In this document: positions 26,588-42,018 of the stretch, piece after piece
How positions within the stretch are numbered: position 1 is the first letter of the stretch
Layout: every line of letters begins with the position of its first letter
NCBI RefSeq assembly: GCF_009914755.1
Contig: NC_060931.1
Length of the DNA: 64,000 nt
Source of the DNA: the human T2T-CHM13v2.0 reference genome, Homo sapiens
Strand: one strand, 5' to 3'
Position numbers and translations under genes: made by a program
Notes under the pieces: model-generated
Databases searched by the model: none
Told to the model about the DNA's origin: nothing
Seen by the model: the letters and a program-made list of their open reading frames with translations, nothing else

Positions 26588-26912
26588 GGGCTGGGTGCGT
26601 TGGCTCACACCTGTAATCCCAGCACTTTGGGAAGCCAAGGTGGGCGGATCACGAGGTCAAGAGTTCGAGACCAGCCTGGACAACATGGTGAAACCCCATC
26701 TCTACTAAGAATACAAAAATTAGCCGGGCGTGGTGGCACGTGCCTGTAATGCCAGGTACTGTGGAGGCTGAGCAGGAGCATCTCTTGAATCTGGGAGGCA
26801 GAGGTTGCAGTGAGGTGGAGGTTGCAGTGAACCAAGATTGCGCCATTGCACTCCAGCCTGGGCAACAGAGCGTGACTCCGTCTTGGAGAGAAAAAAAACA
26901 AACAAACAAAAA
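26588..26912 (+). mobile_element. AluS, specific to copy B
   Basis: TSD-like aaactggacc; empty site near 2490. Confidence 0.9.
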
Positions 26913-29900
26913 CTGGACCAGAACAGCATCTTCCAGGAACAAAGGCTGTTTCAGCATTTCCTAGTTGTCTTAATTTGTCCCCTTTTTCATCCAGGCATTC
27001 CCCCTGGGATGGGGTGGTATTGGTCTTCTAATTCCAAGACAAACCACGAGGATTTATAGCTCAGTGAGTGAGCCCATATAAGGCCAAGAGAGTCTGCAGA
27101 GGATGAAATGTCAACAGGTTAAAATATAAGTAAAGTTCCATGTTGTGTTTAAGTTTTGTAACTATCAAAAGCAATTTTATGTCATATTTAAGCTTTAAAA
27201 GCAAACTTCTGCAGAAGGGATTATTGAATTATATCAACCATCTCAAAAGCTAAAGGATGTGATGGCATTCTATGCTTTGGAGAACAAACAGCTTTTTTGG
27301 TACAAAATGTCAAAATTCATGGAGGTTCAGCTATACAGCATAGAATTCAGAAGCACAATTCATGATTTTTAGTATCCCTTACACTAATCACCTTTTATGA
27401 ATCTTTTTCAGAACTACCTAAAATATGTTTATTAATTCTTCTGATTTATATGAACAACAGAAGTTTCTACTTTAGATAGGTTAAAAAGAGGTTCTTGTAA
27501 TAAAACTATGTGACAGCAAGAAAGTCTTACTATCTTTACACTGAATGGCAGGAAAACACAACAGAGAAGCAGGCATTGAAGACAGAGCCTGGTCAAGTGT
27601 AGTGTCACTTGAGGCTCTGCCTAATTTGACCATTTAGCAAATGGTGCTTTGCTCTACTCCCCTGAGTTGAAAATATTCTGTATCCTGTGACCTTTCTTTT
27701 TAGTATAAGATGTAGGAGCCTGAATAACAGAACTTCTTTTATCTTTGGTGACGTGCTTTATAATTTTCTTTTCCTTAAAGCAGATTCCTTTTGTTAACAA
27801 AATATTCGAATTTTTTATTTAGTACTTTTTTTTTCCTCCAAAAAGTGGCATTGGTAACTCAAACAAGAAATGCTAGAGGGGATGGACACCCCAATCCCCA
27901 TGATGAGCTTATTTCGCATCGCATGCCTCTTCCAAAACAGCTCATGTGCCCCGTAAATATATATACCACTTTGTACTCACAAAAGCTTACATTTTTTAAG
28001 AAGTGGCTTTTGCTGTTCCAGTTTCACACTTAGAGCTTTGGCCTAGAACTTGGGTACTTGCCCCTTTCCCGTCCCTGCCCTCCAATGCCTTCTGATAGTG
28101 AAAATGGTCTCTTGGGGCAGCCTCCTTCCTGTATCCCCATTACTGTTTTAGCTCCTCCACCCAAGCCCGCCAGCCCTCCAGCTACTCTATAAACAGTCTC
28201 CTTCCTCCTTAACCTTGCCCTGGGAGTCTGCCTTTTTATCCCTCCTTGTACATCTGAAGGCCAGCTTTCCCGTGAAGCCATCCCTCCCCTTCAACCTCCA
28301 GAACTGAGAGGGTGGGGTCACCTTCTCAGCCTCATTCTCCATGTTGCCCCCAAACCCCAGCTCCTCCACCATCCCTCCCTGCTTCTCTCTCAAAGCCATC
28401 TCCTTTCACCACGCTCTCCTCTCCACATTCATGTCTTCTCCACAAACCTAGTGGAAATTTTTAGAACTAGGCTAACAATCGTATTTTCCTCACCTCCTCC
28501 TGCTTTCATCCTCGGGAATGTCAAACTCCAAGGTAATGTGCTTCCAATGCTAAGGCCTCCCAAGATTTCCATCTTCCTGGCTCTAGGAATGTTCACAAAC
28601 TCCGTTCACTGCGGCCTTCAAGGTGTGTGGTGAGGCAGAGGTTCAGAGTTTTCCACCAGTGTCTTCTACCCTGCCTTTTGGTTATCAGCTGAGCACATGG
28701 CTTCCCAGAAGAAAAACTGCATTTCCCAGACCCCCTTGGAGCTGTGAGGCCATAGGCATAAGGCTGGTCAATGAGATGCAGGTGAAAGTGATGGGTGTTC
28801 TTATATGGAGAGGCTTGTCTTTCCTCCTTCCTACTGGCTGGGAGGTCGATGAGATGCTAATGTGGGTGATGGCATGCTGGAATGAAAGCCAAGCCAGCCA
28901 GACAGCCACAAAGAAGAAATCGGGTTCTTGACCCTATGGAAAGCCATGCCTGGACCACCTAGCTGTGGACTTTTATGTGGGAGAAAAGGAAGCTTCTGGT
29001 TTGTTTGCTTTTGTTTTGCTTCCATCCTTTGTTATTTTGGGTGTTCAGCATTCATAGCCAAACCTGATCATCACTTAAACTATTCCCTTTCAAGATCTTA
29101 GAATCAGAAAAGTCCTTTTATGACACGTTTTCTGATGTTTACATGTTCTTACTGTTACCAAAAATGTTTCATTATCCTCATTTTGACCTTAATCTTGTCT
29201 ACCTCTCTCTGTTCCCATGACCGCAGGGCCACCTTGGGGCTCAGCTATCTGCCTGCCCATTATTGATCCCATGTTTGGCCTCTCAGTCATGATTCCAGCT
29301 CCTTTGAGAGCTTGGTCTGTGGTCTATCTACCTCTCTCATGAGCCCTTCTGCTTCCGCGGATACACACGCCTTTGGCCTTTCCCACCTTTGCTCTGGGGA
29401 ACCCAGTCTTTGATGGAGTAAATTGTAGAGCCAGGCAAATGGTCCCACTGCAAATCTACACCAGTTTGACCTCAACCAGTGCCTCTCTCTAATGAGCAAT
29501 GATTCTATTCCTTTCTAATTCACTTCTTCTCCATTTCCCACAGTGCCTGATTCACACTTTGCCCTTCTTCCCAAGTAATGATTCCCACCCTACCTCCTTT
29601 ATTCTCTTTGGAAGACTTTGTTTTCTATCTGACTGAGAAGACCAAGGCCATGGAGGCCCCCCAGCATCCTCTGCTCTGCATCTTCACCTTCTCCTCATCC
29701 CCTCCAGGCTAAGAGGAAAAGCCTGCCTGCTCCTCTCTAGAGCACATCCTGTGTTCTTTATCCACCCTTTGGCTTTCCCTGGGATCTCCTTCCATTAATA
29801 TATCCTCTCTTTTTTATTGACACATTTGAGCATATTCATATATGTACTGGCCATTCATGATATACAGGGAACCCTACAGGCACATCTTTGCAGCAATTAT

Positions 29901-30099
29901 GGTGAACTGTGTGTGCTTTGATAGACATACAGGAGCCATGGAGCATGTGGCAGGGGTCCCACCCATCAGGAGGGTCAGGAGGGCTTCCCAGGAGAACACC
30001 CACCCAAGTGCTCCACTTCACTGAGACTGTGCTTGTCACAGTCCTTGGTGACCATGTGTCATGGGTGATTCTCATCTTTAATTCAAGCCCTCAGTAGCA

Positions 30100-30840
30100 T
30101 TTTTTTTTCAATCGACATTGGGGCTGTCACTCTTTTTCTGTTGTTTTCTTTGTACTTCTCTGCCACTTTTCCTCAATCTCTTTTGCTGGTTTCTCCTTAA
30201 CATCCCCATTTTTAAACATTCGAGGGCCCAGGTCTTAGTTCCTAGACCACTTTTCTTTTCACTCCCACTTCCTCAGTGCTCTCATTCCATCCTGCGGCTT
30301 TAATGGGATGATGACCCTCAAATTTATATCTTTAGCCAACACCTCCCCTTCGAACTCCAGCTTCATTTTTGACATCTCCATTAGACCATTTAACAGATGG
30401 ATTCAATTTAATACATCACAGATTGAACTCCTGACTTCCACCACCCCCTCAAATTTCATTTCTGCTGCAATGAAAATGGCCATCTCAGAGAATGGCCCCC
30501 CCATCCCGCCGGGTGCTCAGGACAGAAAACCTTGGCATTATCCTTGACTTTTCCCTTTCTCTCACACCCTGCTCTCAAATCATCAGCAAATCCTGTTCAC
30601 ACTGCTTCAAAATATATCCAAAATCTGACCACTTCTCATTGCCTCCACCATCAGACAAAGCTGAAATCATCTCTCATCCAGGTTATGGTGACAACTTCCT
30701 GAACTTGTGTCCCGGCTTCCATACATGTCCTCTAGTGCCCTCAGGCCAGCCAGAGGACGAAATCAGCTTATGTCATTCCTCTGCAAGAAATCCTCCAATC
30801 ACTCCCATCTAATCCAGAGTGGAAGCCCATGTCCGTACAC
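30100..30840 (+). mobile_element. L2 LINE remnant
   Basis: aaaaccttggcattatccttgac...atcagcaaatcctgtt...cttcaaaatatatccaaaatctgaccacttctc. Confidence 0.75.
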
Positions 30841-33560
30841 AACCTATCCCAATGGTGACTGAAACAGACATGGGCTCTTGAAACTAGAGGAATAGATCAA
30901 GATGTACAAATGTTCACAGAAGTTAAAAATGGAAAATATGAGAAATACTAGATGGTAAGATGCAGGGATATTATAAGACTATTACTGGGATATCAAAGCG
31001 ATTGCAGGAGGTAAGGACACTTTCCTTGAGGAAGTGATGTTTCATTCATGGCGTACTGGTAAGGTGAAATATTTGTGGTAGTTATTATGCATAAGTAGTG
31101 TGTATACCATTGGGGCTGATGTGAAAAATTCTCTCTCTTGGGTAGTGTGGCCATCCTGCTGGCTTTTTCCAGGGCACCTACTGTCCATTTTAGCCATAGA
31201 AGCTGGTGCTGGAGTTCACCTCCTTTGCCCAGCTAAGGCTTCTGCACAGTGAGATGAGGCAGGTAGTGACTCCCGCCCCAGGAAACTCTCACTGATCCCT
31301 GTGGTCTCCTTGGGCTGCCTCTGTCTGTGCCTTGTGTGTGTTTCACTCTCCCAGCCCCTTTTAGGACCCCCTGAGAGTCCACATTGGGACACCTGGAGCC
31401 AGTCTTCACCACATCATGCCCACCAGAGGAGACAAGTTCTCTTTTATGAAGATGGAATTTGCCATCACAAAAGAGGCTTGCCCGTCTGCTCTCTTCTTCC
31501 TTGCTGAGGGCAATATTGCATAGTTTCCGGAAGGTGGGGCAGGGAAATTTGAGAGGAAAATTTGCCCAACTGACTTCTTTTCATCTATACTTTTACTTCC
31601 TTGGCCTCTTAGGTCTCTTACTACCTCTGGTTTTGTGAAGAGCCACCCCCTGGCAAGGTCAGTCATGCCTGGAGTTCCCATGCCATGTAAAATTGTCTGT
31701 ATGCTGGTACAAGGACTCCAACTATTGCTAACCTTCTAGTCTCCTTACAGTTAGCACATTGGTCTGAGTAATTTATGTAATTTCCCTATTGGAAGCTTAG
31801 GGCAGTTTCCGAGGGGAATTCTAAGGTAGGAGGAAGAGGGGACTCTGGGGTAGGGTGGCCACAGTGTGCAGTTGATTCCTTGTTGATGTTCGCTCCAGCA
31901 TGAGCTGCACACCAGCTGGCTACTTCCACAGGCACACTCAATGCAGGAAGCCATCTCCTAAGGACAGTCACTGACTCTTTTTAGGGCCACCACAGTGAGA
32001 TCCAGACTGAGAAGACAGGAGCTCGCCTGGTACTTGGGGTCGTAGGACCATTTCAGGCAGAGAGGCCTTCAGATTCCTCCTTCTTCATGCAGGGGCCATT
32101 GGATTCGTACAAGAGCTGCATTAGTTGCTCTCTTTCTTGCTCTTCAGGAGGGCTTCCTAGCAACTGCCCTGCTGCCCCCACCCCAACTCAGCCATCTCTC
32201 TCATACAGGGAAGACGACTTGTCTATTTCTCTTGCTGTATATGTGGTTTTATCACTGAGCAGGGGACTTGTCCCTTCCTTGATCGTCTTCCTCGAGGTAT
32301 GACTAGAAAGACCTTTCTCTGCCTTTAATAATGCTGACACCATCATTTTGACCTGATTGTAAGCCCCAGCTGACTCGGGAGGGCAGAATTGGCATTTTTA
32401 TTTTTACTGATTCCTGCACAGTTTATACACCTCCTTGGGCATGGTACTACCTGACTATACTAGGTCCTCACCATCCGAGAGGCCTCTGGGGAGGCAGTAG
32501 GTCAGGGTGGAGAAGGCACGTGTGGAAGGGGGTGCTGTGGGACTCAACTCAAGTGTGGCTGAGGGACAGGGGGTCAGGGCCTGGGTGCTGGGCACAGGAC
32601 ATAGGCAGCAGGGATGCCCCGGCCCATTGTGGGTGCCTTTTGCCCTCAGACTCACCACCCCCATGGTGATGTTCCAGCCGGGTGGACAGTGGACAACTGC
32701 TGTGTGAAAAAAGAGTGACAGCATCAGAGGGGAGGGGCTGAACACTGGGAGGGATGAGAGCTGCCTGGAAGGAACGGGGCAGAGGAACTGGATGAGAGAA
32801 AGCCTGGGAGGATCTGAAGAAGGAGGAGGAATTAGGACAATGCCAGCTGCAGGAGGCAGAGAAGACTTCCTGGGGAATATTTTATCAATTTCTCTCTTTT
32901 ATTTTTAACCACCCAGAAGGCTCAGTACCTGGAAGGCTGGAAACATGGACATTGAGTTATCACATGTAAATCGGAAAAGAGAAGATTCCCCCACCCGCTC
33001 CCTGGTTTCTTCACCTGCTCCCAGGGGGTTACCATTAACTATTGGTCTATTATCATTCTTTTTTTATGGCCACACAGTATTCTATGGTATATATGTGCCA
33101 TGGTTTTGTAATACTGAGTATTATTATTTAAGTAACTTTCTTTTACAAAAGCAATTTGCTTATCACTTGGCAAATTATCATGAACAGTATTGTATGTCAA
33201 ATACAAGTCCCAGACACAGGCACTGGGCCTCCTTGCAGTGCATGGGAAGGTGGTGTCACCCAGTTAGAGTTCTGTCCCCAGTCTAGCACACCTCACATGA
33301 TGCTCAACAACTGCTACTGTCAAAGAGGATTATCTGGATGACTTGAAGGGTCTTTCCAGTCATAAAGGTCAACAAGGCCACCAGGGTGTCCTCAGCCAGG
33401 TCCACACAGAAGCGATGGGAAAAGAAGTGTTAGTGACAGGAGGGAGGCCAGAATTCAGAGAGACAGAACTGGCCTGGACATCCCAACCTGCAGAGCTGAG
33501 TCGTGTTCTTGGTGTGTCGACACATGAAAAGGGTGTTAATTACACCCTCTCCCTGGGCCT

Positions 33561-33632
33561 GGGGGTATAGCTCAGGGGTAGAGCATTTGACTGCAGATCA
33601 AGAGGTCCCTGGTTCAAATCCAGGTGCCCCCT
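33561..33632 (+). tRNA. tRNA-Cys(GCA), intact
   Basis: GGGGGTATAGCTCAGGGGTAGAGCATTTGACTGCAGATCAAGAGGTCCCTGGTTCAAATCCAGGTGCCCCCT; full cloverleaf, U73; TTTT at 33645-33648. Confidence 0.98.
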
Positions 33633-34270
33633 ACCCTGTTTCACTTTTAATCACCAAAGTGGGTCCTGGATCACATGCTCCTCTCGGGCTCTCTCTATTA
33701 ACTCAACCCTGGGCAAGATATGACCAGGCCTGCTGCCCCCTCTGCTCCTACTCCCCATCTGCTGAGCCCTCAACAGGCCCAACGAGATGCCCGCCTGCAC
33801 CCCCTCCCCCGCCCACCCCGGTCCCCGGAAATCACCCAACTGACTTCCAGTTGAAAGTCTAGCACTAAGAGGCACTAAATTTGCATCATGGACCTCTTGA
33901 CCTGCAGGCAAATGCTCTTCCTCTGAGCTAGAAACCCACTTCAGATGAGTTCCCAATGGACACTGCTTAAGGATGTCGCCTGCCCAAGGGAGGGATCCTC
34001 CTGAAACCCACAATAGTTTCTGTTTACTCCAGGTCAGGTCCCATGTCCTAGCAGACCTATCTCATACCAACCAACCCTCTCTGGCCATTGGCTCTATCCC
34101 TCTCCCACTGACCCCTCATTTGAGTCCCAGAGCCTCCTTTGTACTGTGTGGTCCATTCTCCTCCTTCTGTCTCAAGCTGAGTGCGTAAGCTTTGACATCA
34201 CTTCTTGCTGGAATGATCATCCACTACATCTCTCCTTCCTTTGCCTCTTCCTCATGGACATTTATTCTAA

Positions 34271-34805
<535 letters not shown>

Positions 34806-36302
34806 TAGGGATTGGGCGTAAGCCTGTCTGTCTGGGGGTCCAAAGCCCAGGCCCAAAGGGGCTTCTGAACTGGGATGAGGAATCCCTCCCTCCAGTGGCT
34901 GAGCCACGGCCCCAGGCACATGAGAACACAGGCAAACCGGGCACCTTCCCTGGCAAGACACATCCACAGGGACACGTGGTGCTGTCCCTTGCTGTAGTCA
35001 AAGGCCACGTAGATTCCAGACTTGTGGCACAGGGGTCCCGATTGGTGGGAAAGCCCCTAGATATTTTCTGTTACTACAGTGAGTGGGCAGCTTTGGCACT
35101 TGGTGGGCAGCGGCCAGGGCTACTGGGAGTTCTATGAGACACTTCATCAGCTGGGAGAGGAGGCTGCTTTTGCTGTCATGGAGATTTGGCAGAGTTTAGA
35201 GTTTGTTTGGATGTTTGTTGTGAATTCTCCACATCTTCTCGTAAATTCTCTCTACAGTTCTTGGATTGGTGTTCTTTCCTGAAAAATGCCCCAGCCTTCA
35301 CATGAGAGCCCAGGGAGGCTGTGCATTTAACTGAATGCAGCAACTGCAAGATCCAATTTTGCCTCTGGTTTTCTGCTATGACACACGGGAGCCTTAGAAA
35401 AGATTCTCTCAGCATAATGCTGGAAGCTCTAGGAACCCTTCTGCGCGTTGCATGGAGAAGCTGGGCCTTTGCTCTAGCCTAGTAGTTCTCCATGCATTAG
35501 AATCGGCTCCCTACCTGTAGCTTCTCCTGTTTTATGGCAGCTGGATCTCTTGCCCTCAATGGGCTCCATTGCAGCCAATCACAGGCACCAGTGTATGTAG
35601 CTCTTCCGCTGTTGTGAGCCCTGGTCTGCTGGATTCCCATCCAGGAAGAACCAGCTGGATTTTTATTGACTTCAGTACAACTAGATCTGGCAACTCCAGT
35701 GTCCTCCCACATACCCATTTCTCTGAGGATCTCTTGCTTGCAAATCACACCTGGTACCAATTTCTGTTCTAGGCACAGACACAGGCACAAAACTAGAACC
35801 TGACTTTGTCTAATGGAAACAGATGAAACCATCGCTGACAGCACCAGGAGCTCACAGCACTGATGGGAAGGTGTGAACCTAGAATCACGGCAAGGTCACA
35901 GCAGAGAGTGTGCTGGCCAGGGGTCACTGCAGCCCTGCCGGATGCTGGATGCAGCTGCTAGCCCTGTTGCTAGACCAGAGCTCTGCCATCTTGGGATGCA
36001 GTTTATCAGCCTTGCCCTGCACATCGTCCAGTCCACATTCAACATCTGAGCAGGTCCTTACCACCCGAGGTCGAAGCGGGAGTATTTGGCACACCTATTT
36101 GATGTAGCATGTTGCAGAGCTATGCTTTCCCCCAAGACTCACATTATTTTGGGTTCCTAAAGTCATATAATAATACAAACATCCACCTCAAGCCACAAGA
36201 GAGGGACTGAGTCAGCACCAGAGGGCTGGGTGGCAGCGCCCGTTGCCTTCCTCCTAAGTTTTCAGAACAACAGCTGGCTCAGGGGATAAAAGCATCAGAG
36301 CT

Positions 36303-36373
36303 AGGGGACAGCTGGATTTGAGCCAGGGACCTCTTGATCTGAGTCAAATACTCTACTCCTGAGCTACACTTTC
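36303..36373 (-). pseudogene. tRNA-Cys pseudogene with 1-nt anticodon deletion
   Basis: revcomp ...AGTGTAGCTCAGGAGTAGAGTATTTGACT-CAGATCAAGAGGTCCCTGGCTCAAATCCAGCTGTCCCCT; 5' acceptor strand and B-box mutated. Confidence 0.85.
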
Positions 36374-37152
36374 TCTCTGCTGTAACTTAGGTTTAGCATA
36401 TTGACCACTGTGGCCTCACCCACAGACTCCAGCACACTGTAACTTCCATTTGCTGCTCTTAGTCTACCCCTGGCACCCAGCAGATTGATCTCACTACACA
36501 CTGCCTCTTTGGGCCATGAGCTCACCCTGTCCTGTGCTTCTTGTGAACTCCAGAAGTCTCCTCCGCCCTGACCTAAGGTTTCCCTCCCTCAGTACCCATC
36601 TGGGGTCACCACCACTTCCCTCACCCCAGGACCACTGGATGTGCTTTTGGGTTTCTCTACCATATACTCCTCTGCGGTCTTCTTCCCTCATCCTATGGCC
36701 AAGACTTGGCAGGGTCTGCAGAGACTTGCTTGACACTGTGGGAGACATTTGTCCAGAAAGGCTGCCATCTCCATGCTAGGCCAAGATGCAGCCCCATCTC
36801 TCACAGGAGGCCCCACACTGGCAGGTCAGCACAGCTGGGGAGGCACCAAGCCTGGATATCTGGAGGACTTAAAGACCAGGCCCTAAGGGCCTCTGAACTA
36901 GGACTAAGGACTCTCTCTTTGTCCTGCCCAAGCCCTGGCCTCCCTGGCAGCAGGACAGACTACACTGAAGAGTGTGCACCTTTTCTCTGTCAGGCAAACC
37001 TGTAGTGAGGGATGCCACTGCCAGACCATCCGAGCACCTAAGACGCCTCATGGATGCCAGGATCTCAGCCACCCCGGGGGCTACTGATGATGTGGCAAAG
37101 ATCTGTTAGGAATGGATTCAATAATTCTTATTACACAGACAAGTTCCATGTG

Positions 37153-37303
37153 AGAAAGAAAGAAGGAGTGAGAGAGAGAGAAAGAAAAAGAAAGAGGAGA
37201 GACAGAAAAGATGAAAGAAAGAAGAGAAAAAGAGAAAGAAAGAAGAAAGGGAGAGAGAAAGAAAAAAGAAAAAGAAAAGAAGACAGAAAGAAGAAAAGAA
37301 AAA
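37153..37303 (+). repeat. GA-rich polypurine low-complexity tract
   Basis: ~150 bp almost exclusively A/G. Confidence 0.9.
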
Positions 37304-37916
37304 ATACTAGTTTTCTTGAAAATCTCATGTCAGTACCTCCTGGCCTCTTCTTGAGTACATTATAGATTCTCAACAAATGCTTGTTGACTTAAAAATACAT
37401 AGAACATTTAGGAAACACAAATAAAAATCAGGAAGAAAACAAATACTCCTATAATCACACCAGCAAAATAACTCCTGTTCAGAGGTCTGTTTCTATTCTT
37501 CCAAACTTAAAATGCACAGCCTTGGGCAGAGGACTGAAGTGCTTGCTGCCACAGGGTTGACCCAGGCCCAGCTCCTTGGTGCTGTCCCGTCAGCTCCCTT
37601 TCTGTTGGGAGCTGCCTTTCTCCCTTAGCAGTTGTCCCCTGTCCTGTTCTGTAAGCATAAGAATTTTGAATTTAACAGCAGGCATATCCCTGAATTTATC
37701 TTCCTTTTATATCAAAATTATTGTAATTCTTTAAAAGGTGGTAGGTACTTTCATACGGGGCTGCTGGGATGAATTGCAATTGGGGTATCTTTTCTGGAAG
37801 GCTGCTTGGCAATAAAAATGTTTAAATATCTGCATTTGCTTTGTCTCATATGAGTGTGCAAAAATGTACATACATGGTTGGTCATTGTAGTGCTCTTTGT
37901 AAAAACGAAAAAAGCT

Positions 37917-38210
37917 GTGCCGGGCGTGGTGGCTCACGCCTGTAATCCCAGCACTTTGGGAGGCTGAGGCGGGTGGATCACGAGGTCAGGAGATCCAGAC
38001 CATCCTGGCTAACACGATGAAACCCCGTCTTTACTAAAAATACAAAAAATTAGCCGGGCGCTGTGGCGGGCGCCTGTAGTCCCAGCTACTCGGGAGGCTG
38101 AGGCAGGAGAATGGCGTGAACCCGAGAGGCAGAGCTTGCGTAAGCGGAGATCGCGCCCCTGCACTCCAGCCTGGGTGACAGAGCAAGACTCCATCTCAAA
38201 AAAAAAAAAA
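37917..38210 (+). mobile_element. AluY
   Basis: accatcctggctaacacg, ggcgtgaaccc, gagcttgc diagnostics; TSD aaaaagctg. Confidence 0.92.
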
Positions 38211-38599
38211 GCTGCATAGACACACATTCTGTATAGGTGCTGAGAACTCCATGAGAAGACCATTTGAACGGACACTGTGTGTGGCTCTGCAAGCTATGAA
38301 GGCAGCCACTGCCACCCAACATGTGGTGGTCAAGGGCAACTTCTAGCCTCTTCCCCTTCATCCTCAATTTGAAGTAGAGAATTCATTTTAGCTATAGCGT
38401 CTGTCACTGGTTGACAAAGACATGCAATTAAAATGGTTCTCAAAGATGCCAGAGCTCCAGTAAATAAAGTGCTTCTAAATAATGTTTTGAAGGGGTTTTC
38501 TCCTAACCATTGTGTTGGTGGAAGCTATGGGGCTGGGAGTGATGGCATGTCACATGAATTTAGTACATTTGACCTTTCCAGTCTCTTCAACTCTAGAGT

Positions 38600-38905
38600 T
38601 GGCTAGGCATAGTGGCTCACTGGCTGTAATCCCAACACTTTAGGAGGATGAGGCGGACGAATCACGAGGTCAGGAATTGGAGACCAGCCTGGCCAATAGG
38701 GTGAAACCCTGCCTCTACTAAAAAATACAAAAATTAGCCAGGCATGGTGGTATGCACCTGTAGTCCCAGCTACTTGGGAGGCTGAGGCAGGAGAATCGCT
38801 TCAACCTTGGAGGCGGAGGTTGTAGTGAGCCGAGATCGCGTCACTGCACTCCAGCCTGGGTGACAGAGTAAGACTCCCTCTCAAAAAAAAAAAAAAAAAA
38901 AAAAA
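38600..38905 (+). mobile_element. AluS
   Basis: Full Alu with poly(A); TSD tctagagtt. Confidence 0.9.
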
Positions 38906-39469
38906 GTCTAGAGTTACTGTTCAGGGGTTTGCTGGCATCTCAATTTCATCTGTCTTTGAACAATTTTGATTTCTGATTTTAATCAGCAAGTTGAGCAAAT
39001 AATAAAATAATCCCCAGCTGCTCCAAGTAAGACATCAAATGCAGAATTCAAGAGCACTAAATGCAGTAGAATTTAACTGTTTCCACCCTCCTTAGACAAG
39101 TGCTGTCGAGAAATCACTTCTGCACACATTCCCCAGATTTTTGGTGCTATAAATCAGAATAGTCGTGATTATTTTTGTGTTGAAGCCTCTACCTTCAAGG
39201 TGTGACTTTGTAATTGACTCTGTTGGTATGCTAAGATTTTCTCAAATTATAGATCAAAAGAAAAACAGAGGGTGTGGTGAGGTAAGAGGCGGAGCAGCGC
39301 TGGAACAGGGGCAGCAGGAGAAGCAGGGCTGTCTTTAGCTGGCAGAGGAGGTGCAGAAGACTTCATGTTAGGTATAGTTTGGGTTCTACAAATCTTCCAT
39401 GGATCCCCGTGACCATTCCTGGGGGTCTCACTCTTTCCAGATCAAAGCCCTAGATGTTCTTTTTAATTA

Positions 39470-39762
<293 letters not shown>

Positions 39763-40193
39763 CAGAGTCCTAGATGTTCACACTAGGAAGGCTGTAATTG
39801 AGCAATCTTGCAGAATCAAACACTGCCTTTGGCTCTCTGCTAAGCCTCATGGCTGCTAGAAAGGAGAGATTTTGGTTCTTTTCATTGGACTTTTTGTTGT
39901 TTCTTTCTCTAAGCTATCCCAGTACATCAGCTACACTGCCAGCTTCCAGTTCAATAACAAGAAGCAAATGTGTATCTGGAAGCCTGGTCCCTAGTGGGCA
40001 CTTCATTCCAGATGACCACTAGCAGTAATTTTCTTAGTTATTTTGCCAGTGTGGGCTATAGGTTATACCATATTCCCAGGCCCAAAGATTAACTGGATTG
40101 CCTCCAAATTTAGCCTCAGCCAGTCTGGATAATCAATACCATTTTCATAATGGTCTGTTGCCTGAAACCCACTCCTAACACCAACTTATGTAG

Positions 40194-40533
<340 letters not shown>

Positions 40534-41728
40534 AAAATTTGGGTACAAAACCAGAAGCTAGCTTTGACTACCTGAAACAGACAAGGTGACTGTTGTCAGG
40601 CAGTTCCTAACACTGAAAGAAAGCCTGGAACAAGAGGCTTAGGAGTTGGGCAGGATCCCAGAGGCACTTGGCAGCCAGGCTTTAGTCAGAATCACACCGG
40701 CACAACGGGCTGTGAAGAGAGACTTCACACTGTTCTGAGCATTAAGGTGTAGGGGAAAAAAGAGAGTGACTCCATACTGGATCCATGCCAGAGCTACCGC
40801 ACCAGCAAAATAAACTCTAAACTCTTTTCATTTCTGTGTCTCACTCACTTGATTACCAAAGTCTGAGTGATGAATTCCCCTACGCAAGCTCGCTGGAGAT
40901 GTCAGACAGCATCTCCATCTGCCGGAGACCCTCCATGCACCCAAGACCAGCTGTGTCAGAACAGCCAGGTGGCAGGGCTGCTTGCACTGCCCCTGCCACC
41001 AGCTGGAGGGGTTTCTCTTGCCCTAGGCCCTATACAAAGCCTTTCGGGTGGGAGCAGCACACCATGGGTAGTAACTGTGGTCTCTCAAGCCACCTCTGAT
41101 GGTGGTGGCAACCAGGGCAAGGTGCAGGATGTGGTCTTTTCTGGGATATTCTGATGTTACTCAAATTACTGGATCTCCAGGAGCTTCACAGATGCAGCAG
41201 AGCCACCAATAATCCCAAATTATGTGGATATTTCCCACTCCTCCATGTAGTTTCCAGGCAAATAGCTGAAGGGCCTAATATGGGAAATCGGGCAGAAGGA
41301 TTCACTGTCCGTGACTGGATATTTTGGCAGAGTCCTTTTCTCAAGCTTGGCTTCCCAATCATCAAGGGAGGCAGGTTCTTTGAGCAGATTCAGACCTGGG
41401 GAATGGGTCAGAGGTCAGGAACCTCCATTGTGCCAGCTATGGTGGTAGTTCAGGTCTACACGTCTAGGGGACCACGATGGGCTCCCCATTCTCAGGCCGA
41501 AAATCCTTACCACCGATGAGTCACAGCCAAGACCTGTGTGGCACAGACCACGGAATAACACCCAAACTTCACTTCGGGGTAAAGTATCACAGTGCTTGGC
41601 CTCTGACACCCTAGAATCCTCCCAGCCCCACTGAAATCAGGGGCTCCCTTTCCACTATCATCCCTCTCACTAGCATCTCTGTCCACACAGAATGGCTACC
41701 AAAATTATTTTCAAGAATGTAGAAGTGC

Positions 41729-42018
41729 TGCCAGGTGTGGTGGCTCATGCCTGTAATCCCAGCACTTTGGGAGGCCGAGGCGGGCAGATCACGAGGTCAG
41801 GAGATCGAGACCATCCTGGCTAACATGGTGAAACCCCGTCTCTACTAAAAATACAAAAAATTAGCCGGGCGTGGTAGCGGGCACCTGTAGTCTTAGCTAC
41901 TTAGGAGGCTGAGGCAGGAGAATGGCATGAACCCAGGAGGCGGAGCTTGCAGTGAGCCAAGATTGTGCCACTGCACTCCAGCCTGGGCAACAGAGTGAGA
42001 CTCCGTCCCAAAAAAAAA
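41729..42018 (+). mobile_element. AluY, specific to copy B
   Basis: TSD aagaatgtagaagtgc; empty site near 7830. Confidence 0.92.

Noticed and set aside
37054-37376. K/R/E-rich and F/L/S-rich ORFs
   Set aside because: Translations of the GA-rich simple repeat.
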